The notes: generated by a model from the sequence alone, not told the origin. 64,000 nt of DNA from Eledone cirrhosa (GCA_964016885.1 OZ024740.1:421166001-421230000), one strand, 5' to 3'. Counted from the first letter of the stretch, positions 1 through 13,683 are shown. A program made the numbers and translations.

Positions 1-55
1 ACTGCCTGAAGAGGTCACAGCCAAAGATGGCTGTCACTGAAATATATATAGCAGT
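1..55 (+). ncRNA. Type I hammerhead ribozyme (minimal stem III) at the 3' end of a PLE pLTR fragment
   Basis: actgc-CTGAAGA-ggtcacagcca/tggctgtcact-GAAA-tatata-TA-gcagt. Stem I actgc/gcagt, stem II ~10 bp, palindromic stem III; followed by a ~145 bp tail and (TA)n. Confidence 0.8.
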
Positions 56-428
56 AATAAACGAAGCTAAATTTTAATCATTTGACTTTTATTTAACTTT
101 ATTTTACACTACTCCGGAGTAACCAAACCAACCTGCGCACTTCGTCGAGTGCTCCAGCCTGCATACTGAGGTGTTGGTATACAACCAACATAAACTCAAA
201 ATATATATTATATATATTATATATATATTTATATATATATAGATAAATCTACCAAAAGTTTACGGTAGTGTCCAATCCGTATGAAGAACTCAATGTAATC
301 CGGATATCATGAAAAGAGAAGATACATTCAAAAACTACTTTCGGTGAAAAATAAACGGAAAACAGAGTCAAGATAAATTAATAAAATAATGAATAAACAA
401 AGAAACAGTTCCTTATATTAAAAAAAAT

Positions 429-570
429 TCATCATTTTACGATCGTTTCTAGGATATATATGTGTTAGAGTTGGTATCCATATTCTATAGATCTATGTAC
501 AATATTTATACAAACTATCAGAGGGAATATACATACCTACACATATATATGCTGTCTTCAGAAATAATGA
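429..570 (-). ncRNA. Hammerhead ribozyme with ~105-nt stem II hairpin
   Basis: Reverse-complement copy of the motif at 2073-2214. Confidence 0.75.
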
Positions 571-1204
571 TATTTGTTTATTGAAAAAAAACAAAGATTC
601 AATACAATAGGTCTGTTTGGGAACAGGTTTTGAATTGACCAATAGAGAGATAGTGAGGGTTAAGATAGTAATATAGTAGTAGAAGAACCTTAAATTATGG
701 GTAGAGGAAGGTAGATTTCAGTTTTGGATGGAAAAGAATATTATGAATGAAAGATTATTTTAGGGATGAAAATAGGTTGTATGCTGACCTCAGAAATAAT
801 TATATTTGTTCATTGAATAAAACCAACAAAGATCTAATATATTCTGTCTGTTTGGTAAGAGGTTTATAATTAACCAATAGAAAGTTAATAATTGGCCAAA
901 TGGTAAAATAGTAGTAATTGAAGCTTATTTTAGGCGTGAAAATAGGTCAGGTCAGTAAAAGGTGTACAAGCAGTTGCTGTTATAAAATAGTAATGCCAAT
1001 GCAAATATCTAAGGAGACTAAAGTTTTACGATGAGAGTGTTAGTGTAAAAAATACATCTATGAAAAGAATATAAATTAATTTAATTGATGGGTATATTTT
1101 TATTGATAAAATTATACTAATACATATAGATATGATAAATAAGAGTTAGATGCAGTTGAAAAGTGCTGTTAAAGATGAGGGGAAATTAAAAGAATATAAA
1201 AATA

Positions 1205-1279
<75 letters not shown>

Positions 1280-2072
1280 CACATACACACACACATATAC
1301 ATATATATATACATACACATATATATATATATATATATATACATGCATATATACATAGATACATATATATATACATACACACATACACCCTTACATATAC
1401 ATATAATTATTGGGGGGGGGGGGATTAAATTTATTAGTGAGAAATAATAAATATATATAGATTTCAAGGAACATAGAGTCATAACCTGAAGTTAAAGCAT
1501 TATATATGTTTACTTAATGGTATCAGTTTTAGGAAATGATAGTTGTAAGAAGGAAAGTAAAATTATGAAGTTCATCAGTAGTAGAATATTAATTATAGGT
1601 TAACTAAATTAAAAACAGTTTATATATTAATTTCTAAAGTGTATATTAATTAGGTTTATAATATTTAAAGGTTTTTCTCAGTTTATGATTACACGATATT
1701 ATTAATTCCTGTCGCTTATTTAATAGGATATCCTTAGATTTCATTTGGCCAATTATTAACTTTCTATTGGTTAATTCTAAACCTCTTACCAAACAGACAG
1801 AATATATTAGATCTTTGTTGGTTTTATTCAATGAACAAATAAAATTATTTCTGAGGTCAGCATACAACCTATTTTCTTCCCTAAAATAATCTTTCATTCA
1901 TAATATTCTTTTCCATCCAAAACTGAAATCTACCTTCCTCTACCCATAATTTAAGGTTCTTCTACTACTATATTACTATCTTGACCCTCACTATCTCTCT
2001 ATTGGTCAATTCAAAACCTGTTCCCAAACAGACCTATTGTATTGAATCTTTGTATTTTTCAATAAACAAATA

Positions 2073-2214
2073 TCATTATTTCTGAAGACAGCATATATAT
2101 GTGTAGGTATGTATATTCCCTCTGATAGTTTGTATAAATATTGTACATAGATCTATAGAATATGCATACCAACTCTAACACATATATATCCTAGAAACGA
2201 TCGTAAAATGATGA
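2073..2214 (+). ncRNA. Hammerhead ribozyme with ~105-nt stem II hairpin
   Basis: tcattattt-CTGAAGA-[2089-2193 long hairpin]-GAAA-cgatcg-TA-aaatgatga. 9-bp stem I, GUA cleavage triplet. Confidence 0.78.
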
Positions 2215-2293
2215 ATTTTTTTAATATAAGCAACTGTTTCTTTGTTTATTCATTATTTTATTAATTTATATTTATATATATATATATATATTA

Positions 2294-2346
<53 letters not shown>

Positions 2347-2566
2347 ATTTATATATATATATATATTATATATATTATATATATATATATATTATATATA
2401 TATATTTATATATATAGAAAGGATGAATATAAAATGAAAGTGCTTTTGTTAAAAAAGGAATTTATTAGGTATTGACATATGTTTCTGTAACAGACCGAAT
2501 ACCTATGTATCGCTGCTTGCGTAATCATATAATGTTAGCAAGTATTCGATAGCAAATGTATAATCA

Positions 2567-3113
2567 TAACAATACACGTAAAACATTAGCTATAACATCA
2601 CAAAACAACAAACAACATCCTGTCCTATATAAGCAACCTCATCAACCCATCCATGGCAATACAACAACGCAAAATTGTAATTGCAACTGTGTCCAACCAG
2701 GAATGTGTCCGTTGAACAACCAGTGTCTTGAACGCAACATCGTATACAAATGTACTATCGAATCGGATAGACAGAAGTGGTACTATGTGGGATCTACAGC
2801 CACCTCCTTTAAATCACGCCTTTATAGACATCGTTATTCGATAAAACATGAAAACCAGCGTTATGTAACAACACTCGCAGACAAGGCTTGGCAGCTGCGT
2901 GAAAATAACCAACAATTTCACCTAAAATGGGATATAATAGCGCCTGCCCCCCCATATTCCAATGGACAGGAATTTTGTAGATTATGTAATGTAGAATTAT
3001 TTTGTATTATGAAATCCAAAAACATTTTATTAAATAACAGAATAGAGCGATCGTTATACTGTAACCATCGCTTAAAATCTACATTTTCATATTATAAATA
3101 CTACCAGGATTGA
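2567..3113 (+). pseudogene. PLE C-terminal Cys-linker plus GIY-YIG endonuclease fragment
   Basis: CNC-x5-CPL-x3-C, IVYKC..YVGSTATSFKSRLYRH, CRLCNVE..LLNNRIE..CNH. The ATG at 2556 comes from the inverted arm, not the gene. Confidence 0.88.
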
Positions 3114-3581
3114 ACGCCTGTCTCTATCCCCGTTTGATTGTCAAAATAGATATGAACATTCTTTATTAGTCTTAATTCTATCAACTCTTCTATTATTTAC
3201 CTTTTAATACAAACTGCTATAGATAAAATGAGATTTCTGATTTTTTGATTCAATTCCCTAGTGCAAATACCAGCTGACTACTAGCATTGATGTTATTTAG
3301 TAGCAATCGAAATCTCCCCCTTCCCCAATTGACACTTTATGATTAATACTACTGCACCAAATGACCAGCCCTGTCCACTGTCCAGTTGGTCAAGTAGAGA
3401 TTAAAATCGGCACCCCCAAAATTCTTATTTAGATTTACTCATGGTATTCTCATTAAAAACCCATTATATACTTGTTTAGCAGTAAATTATTTTACCATCT
3501 GTCATATTCTATCCCCTCTGTTCCTTCCTCTTTTACTAATATAAATACTTCAATTTTTCTGATTTTATCCAGTTTATCCAA

Positions 3582-3700
3582 AATCTCTGAAGAAGTGACA
3601 ACTGATTATACATTTGCTATCGAATACTTGCTAACATTATATGATTACGCAAGCAGCGATACATAGGTATTCGGTCTGTTACAGAAACATATGTCAATAC
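3582..3700 (+). ncRNA. Hammerhead-like motif with ~90-nt stem II hairpin (stem I weak)
   Basis: CTGAAGA 3587-3593, long imperfect hairpin 3594-3683, then GAAA-catatg-TC; stem I pairing is poor. Confidence 0.6.
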
Positions 3701-3858
3701 CTAATAAATTCCTTTTTTAACAAAAGCACTTTCATTTTATATTCATCCTTTCTACATTTCTCCGGAATATAATTTATACTCGTTGAGCAAACCTGCACGT
3801 ACGCTGTTCATCTCTAACGTAACGATATATTATCACTACATTATTGATAACCTGAAAT

Positions 3859-3946
<88 letters not shown>

Positions 3947-4058
3947 ATATATTATATATATATATATATATATATTTACTCTTTTACCTGTTTCAGCCAT
4001 CCGGCTGAGGCCATGCTGGGGCACCGCCCTTGTTATATATATATATTATATATATATA

Positions 4059-4126
<68 letters not shown>

Positions 4127-4202
4127 ATATATTATATATATATTATATATATATATATATTATATATATATTATATATATATATATATTATATATATATT
4201 AA

Positions 4203-4266
<64 letters not shown>

Positions 4267-4276
4267 ATATTATATA

Positions 4277-4314
<38 letters not shown>

Positions 4315-4359
4315 ATATATATATATTATTATATACAATATGCCCCCCCCCCCCCCACC

Positions 4360-4630
4360 GCAAGGTGGTCGTGGAGGTGCCACGGCAAAAAAGCACCCAG
4401 CCCACACTGTAAAGTGGACGTGTAGGCGCCACGAAAAAGCACCCAGCACTCACTGTAAATGAGGTTGGTGTTAGGAAGGGCATCCAGCTGTAGAAATCAA
4501 GCCAGATCAGTTCCTGTATGAGCAAGGCATGGTCAGCCGACCAGACACTGCCCACAACAGGACAACCCGTCTAACCCATGCTAGCGTGGAAGAACGGACG
4601 TAAAACGGTGATGATGATGATGATGATGAT
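4360..4630 (+). mobile_element. SINE/RTE-tail fragment with (GAT)n tail
   Basis: gttggtgttaggaagggcatccagctgtagaaa motif shared with 13500-13540, 49460 and 49800; ends acggacgtaaaacggtg(atg)n like the RTE 3' end at 6530-6560. Confidence 0.7.
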
Positions 4631-4732
4631 TATTATATATATATATTATTATATATATATATATTATATATATATATATATTATATATATATATATATTA
4701 TATATATATATATTATATATATATATATATAT

Positions 4733-4785
<53 letters not shown>

Positions 4786-4803
4786 ATATATATTATATAT
4801 ATA

Positions 4804-4850
<47 letters not shown>

Positions 4851-5940
4851 ATATATAGTAATAATAATAAAATTGAAGACTAAAATCCAAAGAGGGCTCG
4901 ATAAGGATAAATATATATCAAATATATAAGAACCGTAGAGCAACTGGGGTTTTTTCTGTCTTTTTAGTGGGAGGCCCTACCTAATACCAACCACATTTAT
5001 AGCGTGAAATATACCAATGAGAAATGTACTTTAATGTTTTTATTTTAAAAATTAGTATCTAAATATTTTACAACAAGCACCATGAAATTTAGAAAATAAA
5101 ATTGTTTATTATAGATATGCAACACCACCCGATATTTATTTACAGTGGTAAAAGTATATTGCCAACATTAAAACACTTATGTGTGTGTGTACATATATAC
5201 GTGTATATATGTATACACACACATGCACTAATTTGAGAAAGAAAAGAGCAACATATCCACTGATAGGACTTTAACCATATTTTCACTAATAGCTTACCCA
5301 GACAGGGTTGCATGGCTAAGTCACAACCACTGCATGGCACCTTAAAAAGTGCCAAGTGATTTGCCAGATTATCTTAGTATCAGGTTTCGGAGAATGATAT
5401 ATTCCATATAGTGGCTATGGTAGCAATATCATACAGCAGGTGATAGTTTTAGTCCTATTAATGGACATTTTGTACCTTTACTATCTCAACTTGATGTTTA
5501 TATCTAACATTATCCACACTTCATACCCATCTATCTAATGCAAAAGCCTAACATATCATTCATCACCTACCCCATCCTATTTGGATTAAGCCAATTGTTT
5601 GCCCTTATCTCGTACCCATTTAGAACTGAGACAGTTCTGCACTAGATTTAAATATATTCTTAGTTCTGATTTCAAATCTTGCCAGAATGGTTAACATGAG
5701 TAGCAGTAATACAGTTTCTTTAAACTATACCTTCTTTAGTTAAAACATTTTAAAGACATCCAACTTATATGTATACACATACTTTATATAATCCAGGTAT
5801 GTAGTGATGTGTTGAATGCCATATACAAAATTTCTTCGTTGAAATTAGCCTCAGTTAAAGGAAAAACCTGGTGGTAGTTGGTAGCAACTCAAGAGAAAAG
5901 GGAGATATAAACTTTAATCTGTTATTTAATAAATATATAT

Positions 5941-5974
<34 letters not shown>

Positions 5975-5986
5975 ATATATTATATA

Positions 5987-6067
<81 letters not shown>

Positions 6068-6205
6068 AGCAAGATGTATGGTAGGTCGTATGTGAATCGC
6101 GATGATCACGTCTGACCTACCAAATATGTGATGGTAGCTAGTTTCAAACTGCTAGTCTTAAGTGATACGTTGATGTAAATAATGAACTTACAATCACATG
6201 TAATA

Positions 6206-6252
6206 TGCCTTGAAAAGTCCCACCATGGGGTCGGACGAAACGGCTGTCGGCA
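6206..6252 (+). ncRNA. Variant hammerhead ribozyme (C3U/G8A core) in a ~230-bp pLTR fragment (6069-6295)
   Basis: tgcc-TTGAAAA-gtcc..ggac-GAAA-cggctg-TC-ggca, followed by aataaa. Confidence 0.75.
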
Positions 6253-6294
6253 ATAAACTTGTTATAATGTCATAATAATTCCTTTGTTCTTTTT

Positions 6295-6471
<177 letters not shown>

Positions 6472-6527
6472 ATATATATTATATATATATATATTATATA
6501 TATATATAATATATATATATATATTAT

Positions 6528-9500
6528 ATCATCATCATCATCATCATTTTACGTCCGCTTTTCCCTGCTTGCAAGGGTGGGACGGGTCTTATTCAGCACA
6601 GCATCTCTCCACTCGTCTCGGTCCCTCGTCATCTCCACCGTGAGCTTCAATGATCTGAGGTCTGTTCTCACCACCTCCGCCCATGTTTTTCGTGGTCTAC
6701 CTCTACCACGTCTTCCTTCAACTGGCATTTCCTGGCACTTCTTCACCCATCGGTCATCCTCCATGTGCATCACATGTCCATACCACCTCAGTCTCCTCTC
6801 CCGTACACTACATTCTATCCCTCTCAGACACAGTTTCTCTCTCAACACATTTATGCTGGGTCGTTCACGCACATTTACATTGCACATCCAACGGAGCATG
6901 CTTGCCTCATTTCTCTCCAGCCGTCACATATCCTCTGCGGTTGCTGCCCATGTTTCACTACCATGCAGCATCGCGCTCCTCACACAGGCATCATACAACC
7001 GGCCTTTCGTACGCAGGGAGAAACCCTTCTTCGTCAACAGAGGAAGCAGCTCCCTAAACTTCTTCCAACCCGTCCTTATTCTAGATACTATGGCCTCGGA
7101 ACACCCTCCTCCCATGCTAATCTGATCTCCTAGGTACCGGAAGCTATCCACCACTTCTATAGCGCCCTCTCGCATTTGAAAAATATGTCTATCAGTGCGA
7201 CTTCTACTGTCTAATTTCCCTGTACATCTACTGCATACATATTTCTCCCTACCTGTTAGTTTGCCTGCTATCCCGCTACATCTCTTGTGTACCCAGGACC
7301 TGCATTGTGTGCATTTTATAGAATTTATGCCAGTTCCTTTTCTGCATAACGAACATGGCCATTTCCCTGACGGAATCAGGGTTTTGTCCTCTTTTCTACT
7401 CATCAACACTTTTGTCTTAGCTAGATTTACTCTCAGTCCTCTTGCTTCCAACTGCTGTTTCCATAGCCGGAATTTATTCTCTAGTTCCTCTACTGATTCT
7501 GCTATAAGAGCCAGATCGTCAGCATAGAGAAGTTCCCATGGACAGCCAGTCTTAAACTCCTCTGTTATGGCTTGGAGGACTATAATGAACAAGAGCGGGC
7601 TGAGGACCGAACCCTGATATACTCCTACTTGTATCTGGAATTCCTCACTAAACTCCATTCCTACCCTGACTTTACTGAGAGTACCTCTGTACAAAGTTTT
7701 CACTGTCCTCACAAGCCATTCCTCAACACCTAGCTTCCTTCGGGACCACCAGATGACAGATCGGGGTACCCTATGAAAGGCCTTCTCTAGGTCAACAAAG
7801 GCTAAGTATAGTGGCATATTCTTCTGTAAGAACCTCTCTTGCATTTGTCTCACCAAGAAGAGGGCATCTGTTGTACTCTTCCCAGGCACAAAACCAAACT
7901 GCATCTCATCTAGTTTGACCCTTTCTCTAATTAGTTGTGCTAAAATCCTTTCTGCCACTTTCATAACCTGATCTATCAGTTTTATACCCCTATAATTGCT
8001 CCTCTCCAAAGCATCCCCTTTACCTTTGTAGCAATTTATGAGAATACTGCTGCATCAGTCTTTGGGTATGACACCACCATATATAGCCTGATTGATGATG
8101 CGTGCAACCAGTTTAGTGCCTACATCCCCTGATGCCTTCAGCATCTCAGCAACTATTCCCGATGGTCCGGCTGCCTTACCATTTTTCATTTCCCTAATCG
8201 CCTCTTGGACCCTATATTCGTCAATCTCAATAGCTGGTCCCTCTGTCGGATCTACCAAGGGTAATTTCTCTCTCTCCCATTCGTTCTCCACATTCATCAG
8301 TCTCTCATAATGACATTTCCAGGCCTCCTTTTTCTGGTCATTCGTGACACTAAGTACACCGGCATCATCCCGGACACATTTATCTCCAACAACATCCTGA
8401 TTTGCATTGACACACTGCCTTGCAATGTGGAACACTGCACGCTTCTGATCTTCCCGTTGCAGAACATTGGCAAACCTCCTACTCTCTGCCTCCCTGCGTG
8501 CTAAGTACACCTGACGTCTAGCTTCTCTCTTAGTGGCTGTATATTCTTCCCTACTCCCACCCTTTTTCCAAGCCTTCCATGCTAGTCTTTTGTCTCTAAT
8601 AGCCTTATCTACTGTGCTGTTCCACCACCAGGTCACTGTCTGTCTGGTTGGAGCTCTGCTCCAGCCACAGGTTTCATCAGTAGCCTGCAGCAAGTTGTCT
8701 CTTAAGAACTTCCAGTTATTATCTATGTCATACGTCTCTAAATCGTCTTCTTTTTCGTCATATACATCTTGAAGGGCTTTCCTAAATTTGTATTTTAGTG
8801 AAAGGTCTTTTAGCTTCCAGACCTTTCTTCTCCACACCTTCCTATATGTCTCATTCCATCTCTTGCTTACTGAGATATCACTAACAACTAACCTATGCTG
8901 TGGGGTACATTCTTCCCCAGGGTATGCCTTGGTATTAGACACTATCTGCCTGTCCCGCTGCCTAACTAGCAGGAAGTCAATCTGGCTTATGTGCTCACCA
9001 GATTTGTAGGTTATTAGGTGATTGGCAGGTTTCTGGAAGTTTGTGTTGCAAATAGTCAATGTACTTGCATCACAAAATTCAAGAAGTCTCACTCCTTCTT
9101 CATTTCTTGAACCGTAACCGTGCCCACCATGTACCCCAGTGTAACCATCCTGGAGCTGTCCAACATGACCATTGAAGTCTCCTGCTAGCATAACGATGTC
9201 TCCGTCCTCTGTCATTGTGGTTGTTTGTAAAAGTTGCTCATAAAAGCAGTCTTTCTCATCTTTGCCCAGGCCTGCTTGGGGAGCATAGACCGAGATGATT
9301 GTCAGTAGTCTCCTACCTACAACTAATCTAAGCTTAATTATTCGATTACTAACTCGAACTACCTCTATTGTCTTATTGATCCATTTCTCAGCCAGGAAAA
9401 TGCCTACTCCCCCTAACCCATCATCCTTACCTACCCAGAATAGCTTATAGCTAAGACGCTTGCCTACGACTAGTCTCGCAGAGGCACCTCTCCATCTCAC

Positions 9501-9625
9501 CTCTTGCACGCAGCACACATCCACCTGCCTCCTCTTCAGCATCTCCGCTATTTCAGCAGATCTACCTCTGAGAGTGCCAACATTAAGTCTTGCAGCTCTG
9601 AGATGCGACGTCTTCATATTTTGTT
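6528..9625 (-). mobile_element. RTE-clade LINE, near full length
   Basis: APE endonuclease (VQEVRW, YAPQ, GDFNGHVG, IDFLL) + RT (QFGF, FVDLEKAF, QGSVLSPLLF, YADD) with Cys/His PHD-like insert; RGRGRPRKTW C-terminus; (GAT)n tail 6528-6547. Confidence 0.95.
6549..9617 (-). pseudogene. RTE APE-RT ORF with two in-frame TGA stops (8055-8057, 6924-6926)
   Basis: Track ORFs 8055..9617, 6924..8009 and 6549..6899 are all in the same frame; the stops correspond to Trp and Arg codons in the paralog at 47.5-49.2 kb. Confidence 0.9.
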
Positions 9626-9816
9626 GTTGTTCCTATGCTGTGTTGTTGCTGTGCTGATAAGCGTTTTGGCATTGATACACTGGTTGGATGCCCTTCCTAA
9701 CACCAGTTATATATATATTATATATATATATTATATATATTATATATATATTATATATATATATATATTATATATATATATATATAAATATTATATATAT
9801 ATATTATATATATATA

Positions 9817-9865
<49 letters not shown>

Positions 9866-9885
9866 TTTCTATATTATATATTATA

Positions 9886-10008
<123 letters not shown>

Positions 10009-10081
10009 ATATTATATATATATATATATAATATATATATATATATATTATATATATATATATTATATATATATATATATT

Positions 10082-10129
<48 letters not shown>

Positions 10130-10167
10130 TATATATATATATATTATATATATATATATTATATATA

Positions 10168-10210
<43 letters not shown>

Positions 10211-10342
10211 ATATTATATATATATATTATATATATAATATATATAATATATATTATATATATAATATATATAATATATATATATTATATATATTATATA
10301 TATATATTATATATATTATATATATTATATATATATATTATA

Positions 10343-11193
10343 TATCATAAATCATGTCTATAGAATCAATCAGATATTAAAATATATACTATTTCTTCTT
10401 CTAATTAGCATAATTAACCATATACATAATCAAATCTAGCAAGCTTTAAGAATAAATTTTCTAACGGGGAAATCTCCGACAAATAATTGACCGCAGCTAG
10501 TTTGCGGTAGCTCCGTTCCACTATTTATCAAACACTTCAGCAGCATGCAGAATCCGATCAAATATACCATCAACCGCACGTAATTAGTAGTAAAATTAAA
10601 CTTAGAAGAAATGCGCACATACCGTAATTATATCTCTACCATGGTTTCTTCTTTATTTAGGACATCCAAATAATATGGATTTGCCTTGAGTTAGGAATCA
10701 TCAGGAGACAAACTCAGAATCAGACATTTAATTTTTCAAACCGACCGCGCCAAATTTAGATTCAAAAATGGCTAAGATCGCTATGTAGCTGTGTACCAGC
10801 CAGAGAGAAAGTGTGTGATTGGTTGCTTACGGCGGGTAGGCTTGCTGCTAGAAAGCGCAGCCATATATCGCCAAATTTAATCTCAACCAATAGGGAGATT
10901 ATTAAATATAGAGGTTATCACATACATAAAATTAAATTAAATTAAATTAAATCAAAGATATATATATGTGTTGCAACTGTTCACTTTTAAGCTCAATGAA
11001 GAATTAATAAATTAAAATCCAAAAAATCAGAGCATTATATCATAAATCATGTCTATAGAATCAATCAGATATTAAAATATATACTATTTCTTCTTCTAAT
11101 TAGCATAATTAACCATATACATAATCAAATCTAGCAAGCTTTAAGAATAAATTTTCTAACGGGGAAATCTCCGACAAATAATTGACCGCAGCT
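10343..11193. repeat. ~155-bp identical direct repeats (10343-10497, 11038-11193) bracketing a ~540-bp segment, embedded in (TA)n
   Basis: tatcataaatcatgtctatagaatc...gacaaataattgaccgcagcta occurs twice. Confidence 0.85.
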
Positions 11194-11249
11194 ATATATT
11201 ATATATATATTATATATATATATATATTATATATATTATATATATATAT

Positions 11250-11281
<32 letters not shown>

Positions 11282-11293
11282 ATTATATATATA

Positions 11294-11336
<43 letters not shown>

Positions 11337-11647
11337 ATATATATATTATATTATATATATTATATATATATATTATATATATATATATATATTATATATA
11401 TACATTATATATATATATATTATATATATATATATATATTATATATATTATATATATATATATATTATATATATATATATATATTATATATATTATATAT
11501 ATATATATTATATATATATATTATATTATATATATTATATATATATATTATATATATATATATATTATATATATATTATATTATATATATATATTATATA
11601 TATATATTATATATATATATTATATATATATATATATATTATATATA

Positions 11648-12648
11648 ACGGATAGCACGATCTATACGTGGATATTTTACGTCTTGATGTGGGAGCTAAG
11701 TATATGTTTTGTTTATTCCTTTACTTATTTGCATAGGTAAGTATATATTACCCGTATGTTTTGTGAAGGTATGTATACCTTTTCGTACGTATATTTGACT
11801 GTTATGGCGTATAATTTTTACATATTCTGGTATTTAGGGTTTGGTTATGTGTACATGGGAGTTTTGCGTCTGCGTGAGTATGCAGGTTCGTACGTATGGT
11901 GGGTGTGTGTATATGTGTACTTCTTGTTTTAGTTGACTTACGTCTCCGAACCTTCGTGTATTTATTTGTAGGTATGTGTGTGCGCTTGTTATATACGTAT
12001 TTATTTACTTATATACGTTTATATAATTATTTATTTATTTGTACACAGGCATACACACATACACATATTTATATGTGCGTGGTTTTGTATACCTATGGTA
12101 AGGTTTTGCGTATGCTTGTGTATGTACGTATCTGTTAGCGTGTATGTATTTATTTGTTTCTATTACTTCTGTATTGTATTTATTTACTTTGTTCTTAACT
12201 CTGTAGCGGAGATTCATTCGGTCTCCTAGTTAGAATTTTAGTCTACAACTTCTGCTATACCATTTACGTGGTTTTGTCTTTGCGTGCTATTGTTCTCCAC
12301 GGTCCACATATGACTTATTATCTTCGTTTTTTCGTTCATTGCCAGAGAACGTCTCTATGCACCACTTAGAGAACATTAGTCTTTTATACCATAAACGTGG
12401 TTTTGTCTTTGCGCGTAATTGTTTTTTACCGCTCCTATTAATGACGTATTATTCGTTTTTTCCCGTTCTCATTCGTTTTTTCCCAGCGAACGTCACCGTG
12501 AACCAAAGTATTGTCTTCCTGTCTTCCTCCGGTTGCAAGGCCAAATATCCAATTCTGCGTTTACAGATTGACTTTGTTAGTTTCAGAAGATCCCGTTAAG
12601 GGTGAAAGCAGCGAGTCTTTGCTTAAACTTTAATCTGTTATTTTAATA
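11648..12648 (+). mobile_element. Non-coding 3' region (pLTR-like) of a probable PLE family ending in a variant HHR
   Basis: Second rearranged copy at 16972-17725; terminal fragments at 42626-42705 and many ~25-bp tails; ends in an HHR fold then (TA)n. Confidence 0.65.
12579..12629 (+). ncRNA. Variant hammerhead ribozyme (CAGAAGA core, U4A)
   Basis: agttt-CAGAAGA-tccc gttaa gggt-GAAA-gca..tgc-TT-aaact; same core in copies at 17655-17705 and 42635-42685. Confidence 0.65.
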
Positions 12649-12657
12649 TATATATAT

Positions 12658-12702
<45 letters not shown>

Positions 12703-12828
12703 TTATATATATATATATATATATAATATATATATATATATTATATATATATATATTATATATATATATATATTATATTATATATATATATATTATATAT
12801 ATATTATATATATATATTATATATATAT

Positions 12829-12874
<46 letters not shown>

Positions 12875-13007
12875 TAACAGATTAAAGTTTAAGTAGAAAC
12901 AATTATATATATATATATATTATATATTATATATATATATATATATATAATATATATATATATATTATATATATATATATTATATATATATAATATATAT
13001 ATATATA

Positions 13008-13192
13008 TAATTGTTTCTACTTTAGGCACAAGGCAATTATCCAGTGCATTACTGGTACTTTATTTTATCGACCCCGTAAGGATGAAAGGCAAAGTCAACC
13101 TCGGCGGGATTTGAACTCAGATCATAAAGGGACGTAACTATGCTGGAAAGCATGGCGTCCGACCCTCTACCGATACTGCCAATCCACCGCCC
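13008..13192 (-). mobile_element. tRNA-derived SINE
   Basis: Minus strand has A box TGGCAGTATCGG, B box GAGTTCAAATCCC and central gcctttcatcctt..gtcgataaaataaagtaccag; near-identical copy at 50947-51135 (+). Confidence 0.8.
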
Positions 13193-13269
13193 TATATATA
13201 TATATATAATATATATATATGTAATATATATATATATGATGTGTTGTTACCGGGTGATGTGTTGTTTCC

Positions 13270-13630
13270 ATGGAGGGACATGGCTTAGTCGTTAGAGCAT
13301 TGGCCTTGCAATCGAAAGGTTGTAAGTTCAATTCTCGGACCGGGTGATGTGTTGTTTCCTTGAGCAAGACACTTTATTTCACATTGCTCCAGTTTACTCA
13401 GCTGTAGAAAAGAGATGATAGGACTGGGTCCCTATCATTCCACTGCAAAGTGGTCGTGGAGGTGCCACGGCAAAAAAAAAACACCCAGCACTCACTGTAA
13501 ATGAGGTTGGTGTTAGGAAGGGCATCCAGCTGTAGAAATCAAGCCAGAATCAGTTCCCGTCCCACCCCTGCAAGCAGGGAAAAAGCGGACGTAAAATGAA
13601 ATGATGATGATGATGATGATGATGATGATA
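13270..13630 (+). mobile_element. tRNA-derived SINE with CORE-like domain and RTE-derived (GAT)n tail
   Basis: A box tggcttagtcgttaga, B box aagttcaattc, ccttgagcaagacacttt; 3' end matches the RTE tail at 6545-6585; inverted copy near 49470-49730. Confidence 0.75.
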
Positions 13631-13649
13631 TAATATATATATATATATA

Positions 13650-13681
<32 letters not shown>

Positions 13682-13683
13682 AT

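Larger units (their letters stand above)
241..2268 (-). mobile_element. 5'-truncated Naiad-type PLE (sister subfamily of the 35.5 kb element) with inverted pLTR arm at its 5' end
   Basis: 1646-1744 (minus) encodes MKSKDILLNKRQELIISCNHKLRKTFKYYKPN, nearly identical to the C-terminus of the 820-aa ORF. 241-650 is homologous to its pLTR end. 1742-2268 is the reverse complement of ~373-902. Confidence 0.9.
2415..3865 (+). mobile_element. 5'-truncated Naiad-type PLE (second family) with inverted pLTR arm
   Basis: GIY-YIG fragment followed by a 3' UTR with HHR; 2415-2566 is the reverse complement of 3603-3754; flanked by (TA)n. Confidence 0.88.

Noticed and set aside
781-880. Second HHR upstream in the first element (minus attattt-CTGAGGT; mirror near 1845-1860)
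   Set aside because: Internal duplicate of the HHR 5' flank with a broken core and no matching GAAA/stem III.
6924-8057. Two in-frame TGA codons in the RTE ORF as recoding
   Set aside because: They align with Trp and Arg codons in the paralog; simple point mutations.
13130-13340. tRNA genes
   Set aside because: A and B boxes belong to SINE heads followed by SINE body and tail; no full cloverleaf.
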